Numbered from the stretch's first letter, positions 12,343 through 25,809 are shown. The stretch: 64,000 nucleotides of DNA from Raja brachyura (GCA_963514005.1 OY740814.1:12152001-12216000); one strand, 5' to 3'. Notes: generated by a model from the sequence alone, not told the origin. Program-made: numbers and translations.

Positions 12343-12631
12343 AACCCCTGTCCCACTGTACTAGTTCATTCAAAGTGTTCCTCTGAGTATGTCCTGATTC
12401 GAAGATTTAAGGTAATGGCCGCTGGTCGGTCCTCGGGGCTCTCGTGGACATTTTTCAACATGTTGAAAAATCTTCAAGAGTCTTCCCGAGGTTACCGCGT
12501 TTCCTGACTACCTGCCGTTTGCGTTACGAGCCGCTAAGAGACGTCCCTAGCTCCGACGTACCAGCTACGTACATTCTACATTCTTACCTCGGGGGAGCAC
12601 TTGAATGAACTCGTACAGTGGGACAGGGCTT
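12343..12631. mobile_element. PIF/Harbinger-type MITE, second subfamily
   Basis: TIR AA(C/G)CCCTGTCCCACTGTAC..GTTCATTCAA; TAA on both flanks. Confidence 0.8.
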
Positions 12632-12847
12632 TAAGAATCAATTCATTATAAATTAAAAAACCTAGAATAGATTTTTCTTTTTTTTTGTTGATCTTTCAAA
12701 ATATTAATGATTTATCCAAAATGATTTTGCAAATTTCTAAAACCTTCAATTGAGTAGCCCAAATACTTGAGATTTTGAAAGAGAAGCAATGTAGAAATCT
12801 GGATTCCAGGGAGTTTTTTTTATACTTAAATGTTGCTGCTTCTTTAG

Positions 12848-13005
12848 CCAGGCTGGGAAATTCTGGACCAACAGGACATGACTGTCCACAGTCAACCACC
12901 CCCTGCATTGCCTAGTGGCTGGGAAGAGAAGCAGGATAATCTGGGGAGAACTTATTTCGTCAATCACGAAACTAGAACAACCCAATGGATTCGACCGAGT
13001 TCTCA
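12848..13005 (+). CDS. NEDD4: NEDD4 exon, WW1 ([30 protein letters not shown])
   Basis: ctttag acceptor, gtaagt donor, 158 nt, WW signature. Confidence 0.95.
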
Positions 13006-13666
13006 GTAAGTCTCAAATATTTATATTTCAAGTTTAAAATTAGATAAGTATAAAGGATGGAATATTGAAAAGAGAAACGATCGCAAAATAACCTGATAAA
13101 TAATCAATCTCTGCAGATCTTCGGTATTGAAGCTTTCATTTGCAAGGAGTGAATCACCTCTAAAATACAACTTGCACAGATGGTCGCAGTGGTGGAAATG
13201 TAACAACTGGCAGTAAATGGACTGAGGAAAACTGGCTCAGGCTACAGATGATTACAGCCTTGCAACTTGGCAGCTAGCAAAGGCTACTGGCCAATTGGTG
13301 AAAGAAGGGATTAATATGGATGGGTTCCCACAAGTCCATGAGGACCTAGTGGGTTAAATAGCCTGTTTTCATACTCTAAAGACATATATTTCCATTGGCA
13401 TAAATGTACTATTTATTTACTTAATACTTTTATCAACATCTAAGGATTCACCTTTAAGTTCCTCTTTCACAATGCCAAATTTCATGTCATCCATTCAAAA
13501 GGTCAGAGAGCTTGAAAACTGGGTTCAATCCTGCCCTCCAGCCATGTGTTGGTGTAATGTGTACACTTTCCCTGCGGCTGTGTGAATTTCCTCCAGGAGC
13601 CTCAGTTTCTTCGCATGTGGCAAAGACTTGCTGACTGATTTATTGGCTGCCACTCGTACGGGTGAG

Positions 13667-14135
13667 CATAGAAACATAGAAAAATAGGTGCAGGAGTAGG
13701 CCATTCGGCCCTTCGAGCCTGCACCGCCATTCAATGTGATCATGGCTGATCATCCAACTCAGTATCCCGTACCTGCCTTCTCTCCATACCCCCTGATCCC
13801 TTTAGCCACAAGTGCCGCATCTAACGCCCTCTTAAATATAGCCAATGAACTGGCCTCAACTACCTTCTGTGGCAGAGAGTTCCGGAGACTCACTACTCTC
13901 TGTGTAAAGAATGTTTTCCTCATCTCGTTCCTAAAGGAATTCCCCCTTATCCTTAGACTGTGATCCCTTGTTCTGGACTCCCCCAACATCGGGAACAATC
14001 TTCCAGCATCTAGCTTGTCCAACCCCTTAAGAATTTTGTAAGTTTCTATAAGATCCCCCCTCAATCTTCTAAATTCCAGCGAGTACAAGCTAAGTCTATC
14101 CAGTCTTTCCTCATATGAAAGTCCTGCCATCCCAG
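13667..14135 (-). mobile_element. CR1/HER1 LINE 3' fragment
   Basis: ORF 13759-14130: YEERLDRLSLYSLEFRRLRGDLIETYKILKG...FFTQRVV; (CATAGAAA)n tail. Confidence 0.92.
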
Positions 14136-14553
14136 GGCAGTGGGAGAATTTTTAAGTAGACAATGGGCAAGTGAGGCTGACTGCATTGTGGGGAAGGGGA
14201 CTGAGATTGCTTTGAGGCCCAGACTCAATGTGGCCTTTGTTGCAAGGAAAATATGAACAAAATATCTTCCCACTCCCCTGGATATTGATTTTGTGTTTTC
14301 ATATTTAACCAATATATTGAGAGAGACCAACATTTTCTTATTTTAATGACTGTCCTACCTCTCACCAAAGCCGACCTGATAGAAACAAATAAATTTAATC
14401 TGCAGTAACGTATCATTTGCTCAATGCAGTTTCCCTCAGTTTGATCCAAAATTAATTCCATTGCACCACTCTGCCCATATAATTGTCACAAAACGTTGTT
14501 GCTACAGTTGAAGAGATTTTTTGTTCTTTAAGCAAACTATACCAGTCTGGGGG

Positions 14554-14648
14554 TTACACAAAAAGCTGGAGAAACTCAGCGGGTGCAGCAGCATCTAAGG
14601 GGCGAAGGAGATAGGCGACGTTTTGGGTCGAGACCCTTCTTCAGACTG
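14554..14648 (-). mobile_element. Penelope-derived short element, hammerhead GAAA mutated
   Basis: Reverse complement of the 5153 family. Confidence 0.75.
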
Positions 14649-14969
14649 CTGGGGATTGAATATCACAGCTTTCACAGAACTGATTTTCTGCTTGGATTTA
14701 ATTTGTGTTTGGTCCCTTCTAATGGCACTGAAGTTGTGTTTAGTTGTCATGTTCACAAGCACAGTGAGGTACGGGTACAGGGGAAACCTCACTTGCTGCA
14801 GCATCACAGGAACGTAGACTCGGACAAGCACAAAAACAAATTCTACATAAATTGTACGATTTCTCCAAGACAGTGAAAAGAAAAAGACAAAAATAGTTAT
14901 TAGTGGGAAAATACGCCATTAGGAAAAAAGGCCATGCTCGTGCAATATGCGATCTGTTGCATTCCACTG

Positions 14970-15330
14970 CAGAGGTAGGATTTGGATTGTGTAGGTGATT
15001 CTAGTGGTGTGGGATTTCTGACTTTGGTGCCACCTGCCCGACAGTAGCAGCAAGAAGAGGGCCTGGCCTGGATGGTGGAGATCCTTAACAGATGCCTCCT
15101 TGAGGCAGCATCTCATTTAGATGCTTTCAGTGGTGGGCCTGCAAAGGATGGGCTGTCCACTGCTCTCTGCAGCGTCTTGCATTCCTGTGCATTGGAATTG
15201 CTGTACCAGGCCGTGATGCAACAGCCATGATGTAAATCAGTTCTAACCATTGGAATTGTATAAACTTTACAATAGTGCACTGCAGAAATGCACTACTTTC
15301 TACAGTGCATCTGTAGTATCCAAATACTCA
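14970..15330 (-). mobile_element. Rex1/Babar-like LINE 3' fragment (decayed)
   Basis: DLHHPGQALFLLLLSGRWHQSQKSHTTR resembles the HPGHALFSLLPSGRRYRS motif. Confidence 0.6.
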
Positions 15331-15935
15331 AGATATTGTAAAAGGAAGGATGAGATATCACAACGATGGGACAAAATCTGCACAAAAAATTGTATCTCTG
15401 GCCAGGTGACAAAAGCATTGTTTGGTTTGCATTAAGAAATATGCCACTCAGTGATGGAAGCAAGGAACTGCAAATGCTGGTTTATGCAAAAGGACACAAT
15501 TTGCTGGAGTAACTTAGCGGGTTAGGCAGCATCTCTGGAGAACATGGTTAGGTAACGTTTAGGGTTCAAGTCTGCAGAAGGATCCCAACCCGAACCTCCA
15601 CCTATCCTTTTTTTCCAGAGATGCTGCCTGACCCGCAGAGTTACTCCTACATTTTGTGGGGGGGTTTTGTGCCACTCTGATTTTTGAAGAACAGAGAATA
15701 AAACGGCATGTGTGTCTGATTTTAAAATTAAACATGAAGATATTTTCCTCTCTTCAAATGATTGAACAAACATTCGCACTTCTGGTTTTAAAAATTACAT
15801 GTTTCAAGTTTTATACACAGACAAAGGATTAAAAGATAAATTTGTGAAAGATTTGGGATTAAAACGGATAATGCTTGTGGCAAGGAGATACAATTACAAC
15901 CTTTTCCTGACATAATTGATCATTATCCCCAACAG

Positions 15936-16059
15936 GGATTGTGCATCTGACATGAATCACTGTCGAAACAACATCCAGCTGGAGGCTCAGCGTATCTACA
16001 GTACACGCAGGCAGATTTCAGAAGAAACAGAAACATCTGAAAATAGAGATTCTCCAGAT
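15936..16059 (+). CDS. NEDD4: NEDD4 exon, WW1-WW2 linker (NIQLEAQRIYSTRRQISEETE)
   Basis: caacag acceptor, gtaagt donor, 124 nt; conserved RRQISEE. Confidence 0.92.
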
Positions 16060-16269
16060 GTAAGTTGCACGCTTTAATCTACTTCAAAGGTGAAGTCTGT
16101 CCATCTATCTGAAAAGCTTTTGTGAAGATGTACTATATTTTAGTGCCACATGTACAAATATAAACCCCAATCTAATTCAATTTCCGAACAGTGCATTGTT
16201 TTATTAACTATTCCAACTGAACATTAACCTGTGCTAAAGTAACTTGCCATTTTTGACCATTCAAACAAA

Positions 16270-17735
16270 CATAATGTTACATCATTCTCCAACATTGCCG
16301 CCAGTCACATCTTCATGGGCCATCCTTTTCTGCTTTCACTAGGGGGTCACTGTCTCCCAACTCCTTGCGTCGCTCATCCCATCTCATCCAACCACCCCCT
16401 GCCGACGCACTTTCCTCTGTAACCAGAGGAGATGTGACACTTGTTCCTGCAAGTGTTACATCTAGTGGTCACGGTGGCGCAGCGGTAGAGTTGCTGCCTT
16501 CTAGCCAATGCAGCGCCGGAGACCCAGGTTCCATCATGACTACGGGTGCTCTCTGTACAGAGTTTGTACATTCTCCCCATGATCTGCTAGAGTTTTCTCC
16601 AAGATCTTCGGTTTCCTCCCACGCTCCAAAGACGTACAGGTTTGTAGGTTAATTGGCTTGATAAATGTAAAAATTGTCCCTAATGGGTGTAGGATAGTGT
16701 TAATGTGCATGGATTGCTGGTCTGCGCAGACCAAGTGGGCCGAAGGGCCTGTTTCCGCGCTGTATCTCTAAACTAAACTGAACTGAACTAAACCTCTTGC
16801 CAGCAGCTCTTCCAGGTGAGACAGAAGTTTACTTGCACCTCTTCCAACCTGGTCTATTGCATTTGTGGCACTTGATGTGGACTCCTCTACATCTGTGAGA
16901 CCAGGCATAGTCATAGCTGGAGCTCCCGGTTGCTAACCATGTTATTTCCCCATCCCATTCCCATACTGACCTTCCTGAACATGGTCGCTTTCACTGCCAG
17001 TGACACCACATGCACACTGGAAGAACGACACTTCATATTCTGCTTAGGTAGCCTATAATCCAATAGTATCAACATTGAATTCTCGAACTTCAAATGTTAA
17101 TCACCCCTATCTACCCCTCTCTTTCCCTCGCTCCCACCCATTTCACCACATCCACACCAATGCCCACATGTCTTTCCTCCCATCTCCCACAACTTTGGTC
17201 ACCCTGCTCCTTTCCCCTCCCACATATGCTCATCCCACACCCCTCCTGTCCTTGAGCCACCCATTTCTCTTTAATCCCCGTCTTTCCCCTTCTGCCTGTC
17301 CCATTCCACCCATATACTTCCTTCCATCCTATGGACTAGTAATAGGTGAGATTGGAAGAGGTGTAGGTGACCCTCTGTCTCACCTGGAATGGTTGCTGCA
17401 GTACCTGGATAGAAGTAAGAGGAGGTGCAGGGACAGGTGTTATATCTGTCCTTACATCTCCTAATTCATCTTCTTTCTTTATCTGATACCCTGTTGTCTA
17501 CTTTTCACCTCCAGCCTTTGTCAGTTAATCCGCCCATCAGCCAATCATTCCCCAATCCTCTCACTTGTATCCACCTATCACTTACCAGGTTTAGCCCCAC
17601 TCTCACCTTTTTCAGCTTTCTCCTACCCTTCTCCATTGACTTGAAGAATTAAGCACACCCGAAACCTTGTCTGTCCATTTCCCTCCTCAGGTGCTGCCTG
17701 ACCCGCTGAGTTCCTCTAGCACTTTGTATTTTGTT
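16270..17735 (+). mobile_element. Decayed Penelope-like element (GIY-YIG end plus pyrimidine-rich 3' region), interrupted by a SINE
   Basis: VYCI...CGLLYICETR and LEERHFIFCLGSL..MNIEFSNFK-like remnants at 16850-17095; degenerate hammerhead motif near 17640. Confidence 0.7.
16467..16793 (+). mobile_element. HE1-like tRNA-derived V-SINE
   Basis: A box ggtggcgcagcgg, B-box-like ggttccatc, V-domain ggtttcctcccac, CR1-type tail and (AACTA/G)n. Confidence 0.88.
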
Positions 17736-17756
17736 ACAACAAGATTCTTCTTGCAG

Positions 17757-17936
17757 GGCTGGGAATTGATCACCGAAGATGAAACTCAATTCGGCAGATC
17801 TAATCCGCAGTCACCACCACCTCCCCATACGCCTACCGGACAAAATGTAAGCTTTGACTTGCAAAACCAACTTGCAGAAGAACTTAGTCGCCGATTCCAG
17901 GCTACTGGGTGTGCAGATCGCCGCAGCTCCAGCTCA
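17757..17936 (+). CDS. NEDD4: NEDD4 exon, linker (GWELITEDE...QLAEELSRRFQ...SSS)
   Basis: ttgcag acceptor, gtaagt donor, 180 nt, phase 0/0; LAEEL motif. Confidence 0.9.
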
Positions 17937-18429
17937 GTAAGTAGAAAAGCAAGTTTTAACATGTTGCTGCAGTTTAATCCCACGAAGATGTTAGTCTCAG
18001 CTTCCTTGAAATTATAAACTTCACCATCCATCCTTCCGCCCTGTAAAATAGGGTTGACTTAGTCGAATTAAATGAATGTTTCCAATCCATTTGTTAGATG
18101 AATATTTAAATAGCCATTAGTCAAATGGATCTTAATATTTGTTTTTCATTTTCTAACACAAAATATTTAAACTCGGGATTATATATACAATGTGCTTTAT
18201 TGTCTTTCCATGTTAGATTATCCATCAACTATGCCACTGGCGTTTAGTGCCATCAATGGGGCTAAATGCTGATCTCTTTGAAACTTAATTTGTTCATTCA
18301 AGTAATAATGGAATTGATACTTATATTTTGGTCCTTCCAAGATTCCATTGTACTAAGTTTTAAACTCTGTGTAGTTCATTGGACATTGATTAAACATATA
18401 TTGTTATATGTGTGTTCTACTTTTTTAAG

Positions 18430-18492
18430 AGTCATTCCAGTAGACGTGGGAGTTCACAGACTACTCTGGAAGAACAGCCAGTGCTGCCTGTT
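18430..18492 (+). CDS. NEDD4: NEDD4 exon (SHSSRRGSSQTTLEEQPVLPV)
   Basis: ttttaag acceptor, gtaagt donor, 63 nt; resembles human NHSSRRGSLQAYTFEEQPTLPV. Confidence 0.9.
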
Positions 18493-19599
18493 GTAAGTAT
18501 TTCAACTGTAGTTTTAAAGCAACATGTAGAGTCGAAACAACATCAGTTGGTTCTTACCTGCAATGTAACAAAATGGCCGAGGATGTAGCATGGGGATGTT
18601 TTCAAACAGAAGCTTAATATTGAACTACAAAATGAAATTGTGCATGTGATTAACGGTATGGTCAGAGGTCAGCTTTGTGGAATGCGACATTTTCATCTTC
18701 TCATCTCTGGCCTTTGTCCACCATCTGCCTATCAAACCCCCCCCCCCTCACCTGTATCCACCTATCACTTGCTAGGTCGTGACCTTCCCCACCTCTCCCA
18801 GCGTTTTACCCCCCCCCGCCCCAACCTCTCTCTCCCCCCCCGCCCCAATCTCTCTCTTCCCCCTCCCGCCCCCCCCGCTTCCCCTACCACAGTCAGTCTG
18901 AAGAAGTGAACAGACATGAAAAGTCACCTACCTGTGCTCTCCAGCAAGCTCTCTGCCTGACTCGCTGAGTTTCTCCAACATTCAAAGTCTTTTTTTTTAG
19001 GCCAGCACCTGGACTTCCTTGCATCTCCTGTTTTCCTTAGGGACAGGCTGCTGCTGGTTCTCAGTGTCGAATCTGGCATTGTGCTTTTGTGTATTGTTGC
19101 CAAGGAAGAACATGTCGGGGAGTGGTTTGAGGGGGCGGTGCATGTGGTCACCTTATCAATGGGTGCAGCTGTGTTGAGAAAGACGAGCGGAATGACTGCA
19201 TCATTGCCACTGCTGCATAAGATGGCATTTATGACTTTCAAACCTGGTTGTGAGAGTTGCTGAAAATGTTGGCACGGATTTGGAATGTGTCAATCCCAGG
19301 ACTATGAAAGTGAAAAGGAAAATGCATTAAAGCTTGCAAGAGGTTAAAAGTATAGATTTTATTTAATAAGGTACTTTTAGATGACCAATGGATAAAGCTG
19401 TACTGAAAACCACTTACTACACCCACTTAGAAAGTGTCAAAGATAATATTTTGCCGTAGACTTGAGTATCCTCTATCCATTGTGCGAAGAAGCATCTCAT
19501 GACATTTCTGCTGCCTTGTTCTAATTTTAAACTTGTGTGTTCAATCTAACCAGAATTACAGGCAGGGACAAATGCTTGTAGTCATTGGTTACATGAAGT

Positions 19600-20150
19600 A
19601 GACAATAGACAATTGTTGCAGGAGTAGGCCATTCGGCCCTTCGAACCAGCACTGTGATCATAGCTGAGCATCCACAAGTAGAGCTGGACCAAACCCACGT
19701 TGAGGCCGTTAGTTTTCTAAGACTAGGCTTGTATGCACTGGAGTTTAGAAGGATGGCGGGGGGTTCTTATGGAAACATTTTTAATTATCAAAGGTCTGGA
19801 CAAGCTAGATGCAGGAAAAATGTTTCCAATGTTGGGCGAGTCCAGAACCAGGGGCCACAGTCTTAGAATAAAGGAGAGGCCATTAAAGACTGAGGTGAGA
19901 AAAAACTTTTTCATCCAGAGAGTTGTGAATTTGTGGAATTCCCTGCCACAGCGGGCAGTTGGGGCCAAATCACTGGATGGATTTAAGAGAGAGTTTGACA
20001 GAGCTCTAGGGGCTAGTGGAGTCAAGGGATATGGGGATAAGGCAGGCACAGGTTATTGATTTGGGACTGTCAGCCATGATCGCAATGAATGGTGGTGCTG
20101 GCTCGAAGGGCCGAATGGCCTCCTCCTGCACATATTTTCTATGTTTCTAA
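19600..20150 (+). mobile_element. CR1/HER1 3' fragment with an inverted CR1 tail piece at its 5' side
   Basis: ORF 19733-20059 (KGLDKLDAGKMFPMLGESRTRGHSLRIK...); antisense tail at 19600-19670. Confidence 0.88.
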
Positions 20151-20560
20151 AGTAATAGTTTTATGCATGAACCTCAACTTGTGATCCAGTGGTGTAGGAT
20201 TGATCTTATGTGTGATTGTCCATGTGTATAGTAGGACTTTAGTGTATTGAATGGAAAACAAAGAACTTCATTGTATCTAGGTACATGTGACAATAAAGTT
20301 CAATTGAACCATTGAGTCAAATAGGTCAGCTCCACGCTCTCTATGCCCCTTCCTTGCGTAAATGTTAAGAAAGTTTAAGCTGTTAAGAAATCATGTCGAT
20401 TTTCTTTAAAGCAAAACTATTTTAAGACGCTATTTTTTTAAAGAATGTGCTCAAATCAAAGTGTCAAGATTTTCTTCACTTGGTAATTTTACATCAAAAA
20501 AATCCTTCCTCTAGTTGGTGGTCTTCTTTAACCAAATGTTTTATCTGCTGTTCCTGGTAG

Positions 20561-20758
<198 letters not shown>

Positions 20759-22274
20759 TAGTAGAAACTATCCAATTTATTGTCAACTTACAATTTTTAG
20801 AAAGTTATAGAATCAATTGTTATTTGAACTTTGACTGTATGTTGAGGGGATCCCCCTAGTTACTCACAACCAGCACAAATAATTCTGATTGTCCATGGCA
20901 TTATACATTTTATGAACAGAATAAGCAAAATATATGGGGAAAATAGAAACGAGGAACTGCAGGTACAAATTTACAAAAGAAGACACAATGTGCTGGAGTA
21001 TCAGTGGGTCAGGCAGCATCTCATACCAAAAACAGGTATCTTATTCACATTGTCAAAAATACTAAAATTGCATTTTCATTATAATTTACATGATTTTCTC
21101 GGCCGCAGTTAAATCCATGAAGTTTTAAAAAGTATATTTTTTAGGATTTGAATGATGTTGACAGGGCCATGCTTCCCAATTATAATTTCTATGAATTATA
21201 GCATGGAGATCATTTGTATTTCTGCTGTGGATTATTTGAGTATTTACAAGCACAGCATGAGACCACTGCGCAGTATGAACCACTAGTGTAGCTTTTACAT
21301 GCCAGCCAGAGTATAAGGTGGCAAATTCCAACCCTCAAATATCTTTAGCTAAAGAATGTTAACTCTTATGACAACCTAGTAGCTATCTTGGCTTATTTTT
21401 CTCGTGAAAATTCACAAATATCGAAATTAATTGCATTCAAACTCAAAAGGTGCATGGTGCAATTTGAGCCGGTGACTTTTCAGTTATTCCATTAGCAGCT
21501 CCTGCTGTCAAGATATGGTTGGAATAATGACTATAACTACATTCTGGTTAACGCACATAAAATGTTTTAGTACATTACTATTGGGTTGAAACTGGTGTAT
21601 TTTGATGAGTTACATTTGTACAATTATACTATGTAATAAAGCATACAATGGTAAAATATCTCAACAGAGTGGTTCCAATAGATATTTTATCTACCGTTGT
21701 TCTCATTTCATTGCTTGTATTGCTGGTATACCAAATGGCAGACAACATGAATGGATTGAATATTTTGTTTTAACTTGCACTTCAACTTTCCTTCATCTAT
21801 GTTTGTTTCACAACTCTCACTGCTCAATGGATTGTTGCTTAAACAGAAAAAAATGTTTTCTTTTGTCACAAATCCTCTTTTTGTGGTTATGGGATTGTAC
21901 AAATACTGTTTTGCTAATTTTATGTTAACCTCTTCTTAGAGAGACCCCTTTGGCAAAGTTCATAGATGTCCCTCTAACCAAATCTTGTCTTATTATCTAA
22001 ATCCAATCTAGGATAGAGATTGACAGCAGCAAAAACACTTTTTTTATTTGGACCACAACAGATTCAGTGAACTATATTTGATACAAATGATGGAAATTGA
22101 TTTTTGGAACTATCTATTTTGTTCAGGAGTTTGCTATCAAATAGTCCAAACTTAGAACCATAACTGCTTTTCTTCCATTTTGCTCTTATTCTGTTGAAAT
22201 AATTAGCTTCATGTCTTTATTTGTCACCTTTTGAATCGATAGAAAATATCTATTCTTGTCTATTTTCCGTGCAG

Positions 22275-22481
22275 ACCACCAAAGAAGCAGTACAGCCTAA
22301 TCCCAGTCGGAACCCCACAGTCTATGTTCCTCAGTCAACATCCCCTCCGAATTCTCCAGAATATTCCCCAAACCATCAACGTAAATACGAGCCGGGCTTT
22401 CTCCCTCCTGGATGGGAGATCCGCTCTGGAACCAATGGTAGACCGTTCTTCATTGACCACAACACCAAAAGCACAACATGG
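22275..22481 (+). CDS. NEDD4: NEDD4 exon, linker plus WW3 ([28 protein letters not shown])
   Basis: gtgcag acceptor, gtaagg donor, 207 nt. Confidence 0.93.
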
Positions 22482-22964
22482 GTAAGGAGAGTTCTTGTTG
22501 GTACAGCAGATTGCAAAGGAACCAAGGCAAGGATTTTATGGTACTTCTTTTAAGATTGTTGATAATGCACGTTTAATGTATTGTAATGTATTGAAATAGC
22601 TTCATCAGTAAGCCAATATTTCCTGTACCGGTTGCATCAGAATTTAGCAATATTATCAATGCAAATAGTAATCAAAACATTAATTGTTGCGTTGGATCTC
22701 TGCAAGCAGCTCTGAGACTAAACCATTGCATCTGCCCACATTCAACCTACTGTAATATAATAGAACTGCTCCAGGATACCAGGCCCCTCGATATCTCTGC
22801 TCCCCAGGTTCAGACTCTTACGTTCTGCATATACTTTAATGCCATATCACAACAGAAAACTTGATATCCAGTTCTTCACATAGATACTGCTGCACATTGT
22901 TTTTAGGAGCACATCTTTACAGACACACTCTTCAATCATACAATGGCAAACCTTGGCTTTGTTT

Positions 22965-23312
22965 AGAAGTATATAAAATTGAGAGGCACAGATAGAGTAG
23001 ACAGACAGAACCGTTTGCCCCTAGGGTGGAAATGCCAAAGACTAGAGTGCATGGCTTTGAGGTCAGAGTGGGAAGGTTTAAAGGAAATGTGCCGGGCAAA
23101 ATTATTTTTACACAGAGCGTACGTGGGTGCCTGGAACATGCTGCCAGAGGTGGAGGTGGAAGCAGTTACGATAGAGGTGTTTAAGAGGCTTTTAGATGTG
23201 TACAGAGATATGCATGGGATTGGGAGATATGGATCGCATGCAGGCAGAGGGCATTGGTTTAACTTGGCATTGTGTTCGACACAGACATTGTGGACCAAAG
23301 AGCCTGTTCCTG
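22965..23312 (+). mobile_element. CR1 LINE 3' fragment
   Basis: VGAWNMLPEVEVEA...FKRLLD motif. Confidence 0.8.
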
Positions 23313-24070
23313 TTGGTTTCCATATTAATGCTCAGTTCAGTGTACTGAAAATTGATTATTTCAAGCACCTTTTAGTTATATGTTTAATTGAACTGTGACC
23401 TTTTTAAAAAAAAAAAAAAAATTGTGGTCCTCATGTTCCTCCTTATTCTGTTGTTACTTGGGTGGATGAACAATGTTGGGACAGATTGTAGTTCCCTCAC
23501 CACTACGTTAGTTGAGAGCAAGTAACTTACCACAAATTGGCCATGAACAGTGAGCCACCTTTGATCTTTTTGGCTCACCTGCTGACTTATGCTAAAACGC
23601 TTTGATGCAGTATTATGTGCAAGTATGAAAAGATGTTTTTAGGTGTGTGGAAAGGAACTTTAGATATAAAGCCAAATTAAATAGTTCAAAAATCCTGCAG
23701 CACCGACAGAATTGGAATTCTGTTTCCTTTGGGTCTCAATTTAAAGCAGCAGCAAGCTTGCAGACTCGTTCAAGAGAAGGGTGATCCATTAACAAGTGAT
23801 TAACTGAATGAGTTTGGCTTACTTCATGCATAGAAAATGAAATATATCATAACAATATCATGCAAATAATGAATGTGGCATGCATTTTGGTTTATTGTTG
23901 TGTACCGAGATGCAGTATAGATGATACTATAATGAAGTAGCAAATTATATTTTAGGTTAAGTAATTTAAATGCATGCCTGACAAGGAAATTAGTGTGTTT
24001 TCAAATTTGAATGTAACATAGAAGAACTATATTATATCATATGATAAAAACACAGAGAACTTTATTTTTA

Positions 24071-24351
24071 TTTAGTTTAGAGAAACAGGTCCTTTGGTCG
24101 ACCGAGTCCGCGCTGACCAGCGATCCCTTTACACTTACATATTCCGCAAACACTAGGGACAATTTACAATTATACCAAGTCCATTAACCTACAAACCTGT
24201 ATGTCTTTGGAGTGTGGGAGGAAACCAGAGATCTCGGAGAAAACCCACGTTGTTATGGGGTGAATGCACAAACTCCGTACAGACAAGCCCCCATAGTCAG
24301 GATCGAACCCGGGTCACTGGCGCTGTAAGGCACCAACTCTACCGCTGCGCC
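24071..24351 (-). mobile_element. HE1-like V-SINE
   Basis: Reverse complement of the 16467/42778 family. Confidence 0.88.
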
Positions 24352-24690
24352 CCTGAGAGCTCGACTAATGAGGGAATAAACAGACAGCGAGCCAAAGTAG
24401 CTGAGGGATAACCAAGAGCTTGATCAAAACGTTTGTATTGTTGTAGGGTTGCAAGCTTGAGGGTAAATTCACCATAAGATGTTCCTTTTAATCACAAGCT
24501 GGAATAATGCCCCACATCAAGTTTGGCAATTTTTAAATCCTGATAATAAATATAGTAAGAACAAGAAAGGAAAGAATACTTGTTAATGTTAGTGCATGGA
24601 TTAAGTGGGAAGGGCAAAGCGGGTATTTATTGCTCCTGCTAATTTAATTGAGCATTGTTTATTAATTCTGTGCTTGAATCTTGTAACCAG

Positions 24691-24768
24691 GAGGATCCAA
24701 GATTGAAGATTCCAGTTCATGTCCGGCAGCGTCCACCATTAGATCCTTCAGATCTTGGACCACTTCCT
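24691..24768 (+). CDS. NEDD4: NEDD4 exon (EDPRLKIPVHVRQRPPLDPSDLGPLP)
   Basis: aaccag acceptor, gtaagt donor, 78 nt. Confidence 0.95.
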
Positions 24769-25429
24769 GTAAGTTACCCTTCTGTCTTATTCTCCCAATT
24801 CAATACCTACAGGTTAAAAAGTTTGTCCTTACGACTACACTTTACCCTTGATATAATTAAATGAAGAAACCTCCTTCTGATTATTATCTACTGTCATCCC
24901 TCAGCTGATCAAATGATACCTCAACCAGCTCTCTAAATATTCACATCGTCCACCATCACAACACAGTTCTATCAACAAAATGCATTGCAGCTCCTTGCCT
25001 AGTTTACCCTTTCAGTGCCTCCAAGAGGAAGGAGATTGAACTTTATTGCCTTCCATCACAGTGAGGAATGTGGAATCCTCTGTGATAGGTGTTTATGTTA
25101 ACTTTAATGTGGTTGTGTGTCTTGTTGCTTTTCACTTGCTGTGTGGTAACTCAAATTTCACTGTACCTTAATTGGTACATGTGACAATAAACTGACCTTG
25201 AAACCTCTGCCCTCCGCCACCAAGAAAGACAAAGCAATCATGTAGAAGAAACATCAACATTTGTTTTTTCTCAAAGTTGCCCTGACTTCAAAATATACCA
25301 TTGGTCCCACTTTGTCCAAACCGGGATCCTCCTGCCCAACAGCACTGCGAGGGGACTTTCACCGGCCTTTCGAGAATATAGCTCTCCACGTTTTTAAAGA
25401 ACAATTTGGAATGGGAAATAAATGCAGGG

Positions 25430-25518
25430 TGGCACAAAAAGCTGGAGAAACTCAGCGGGTGCAGCAGCATCTAAGGAGCGAAGGAGATAGGCGACGTTTC
25501 GGGTCGAGACCCTTCTTC
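25430..25518 (-). mobile_element. Penelope-derived short element, truncated at the hammerhead 5' edge
   Basis: gacgtttcgggtcgagacccttcttc; ATGCAGG duplication on both flanks. Confidence 0.75.
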
Positions 25519-25616
25519 ATGCAGGCTTTGCCAACAATCCACAGATTGTGAAAAATGAATATATGAAAATAACAGTTTTGAAGTTTTGTCTCATTAAAAT
25601 GACCTTTTTGTTACAG

Positions 25617-25671
25617 CCTGGGTGGGAGGAGCGTATACACTCTGATGGCCGTATTTTCTATATAGACCACA
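25617..25671 (+). CDS. NEDD4: NEDD4 exon, WW4 first half (PGWEERIHSDGRIFYIDH)
   Basis: ttacag acceptor, gtgagt donor, 55 nt. Confidence 0.95.
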
Positions 25672-25809
25672 GTGAGTATGACTTTTTATACCATCCTGAA
25701 CAGTTTTGTTAATGTCTCGGCAACTATAAGCAGTGTCTCTTATTGTAGCTTGCATTTGGTTTCATGGGTTAAAATATAGGGGAATAAGTAACAATTATTT
25801 TTCTGGCAG

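Noticed and set aside
16467-16560. tRNA genes at the SINE heads (also 28286, 42778, 59240)
   Set aside because: The A/B boxes continue into a V-domain and LINE-derived tail, and there is no complete cloverleaf, so these are SINEs.
21905-21965. Possible microexon after gctaat...ctcttcttag in the WW2-WW3 intron
   Set aside because: The acceptor is plausible but there is no convincing donor and no homology support.
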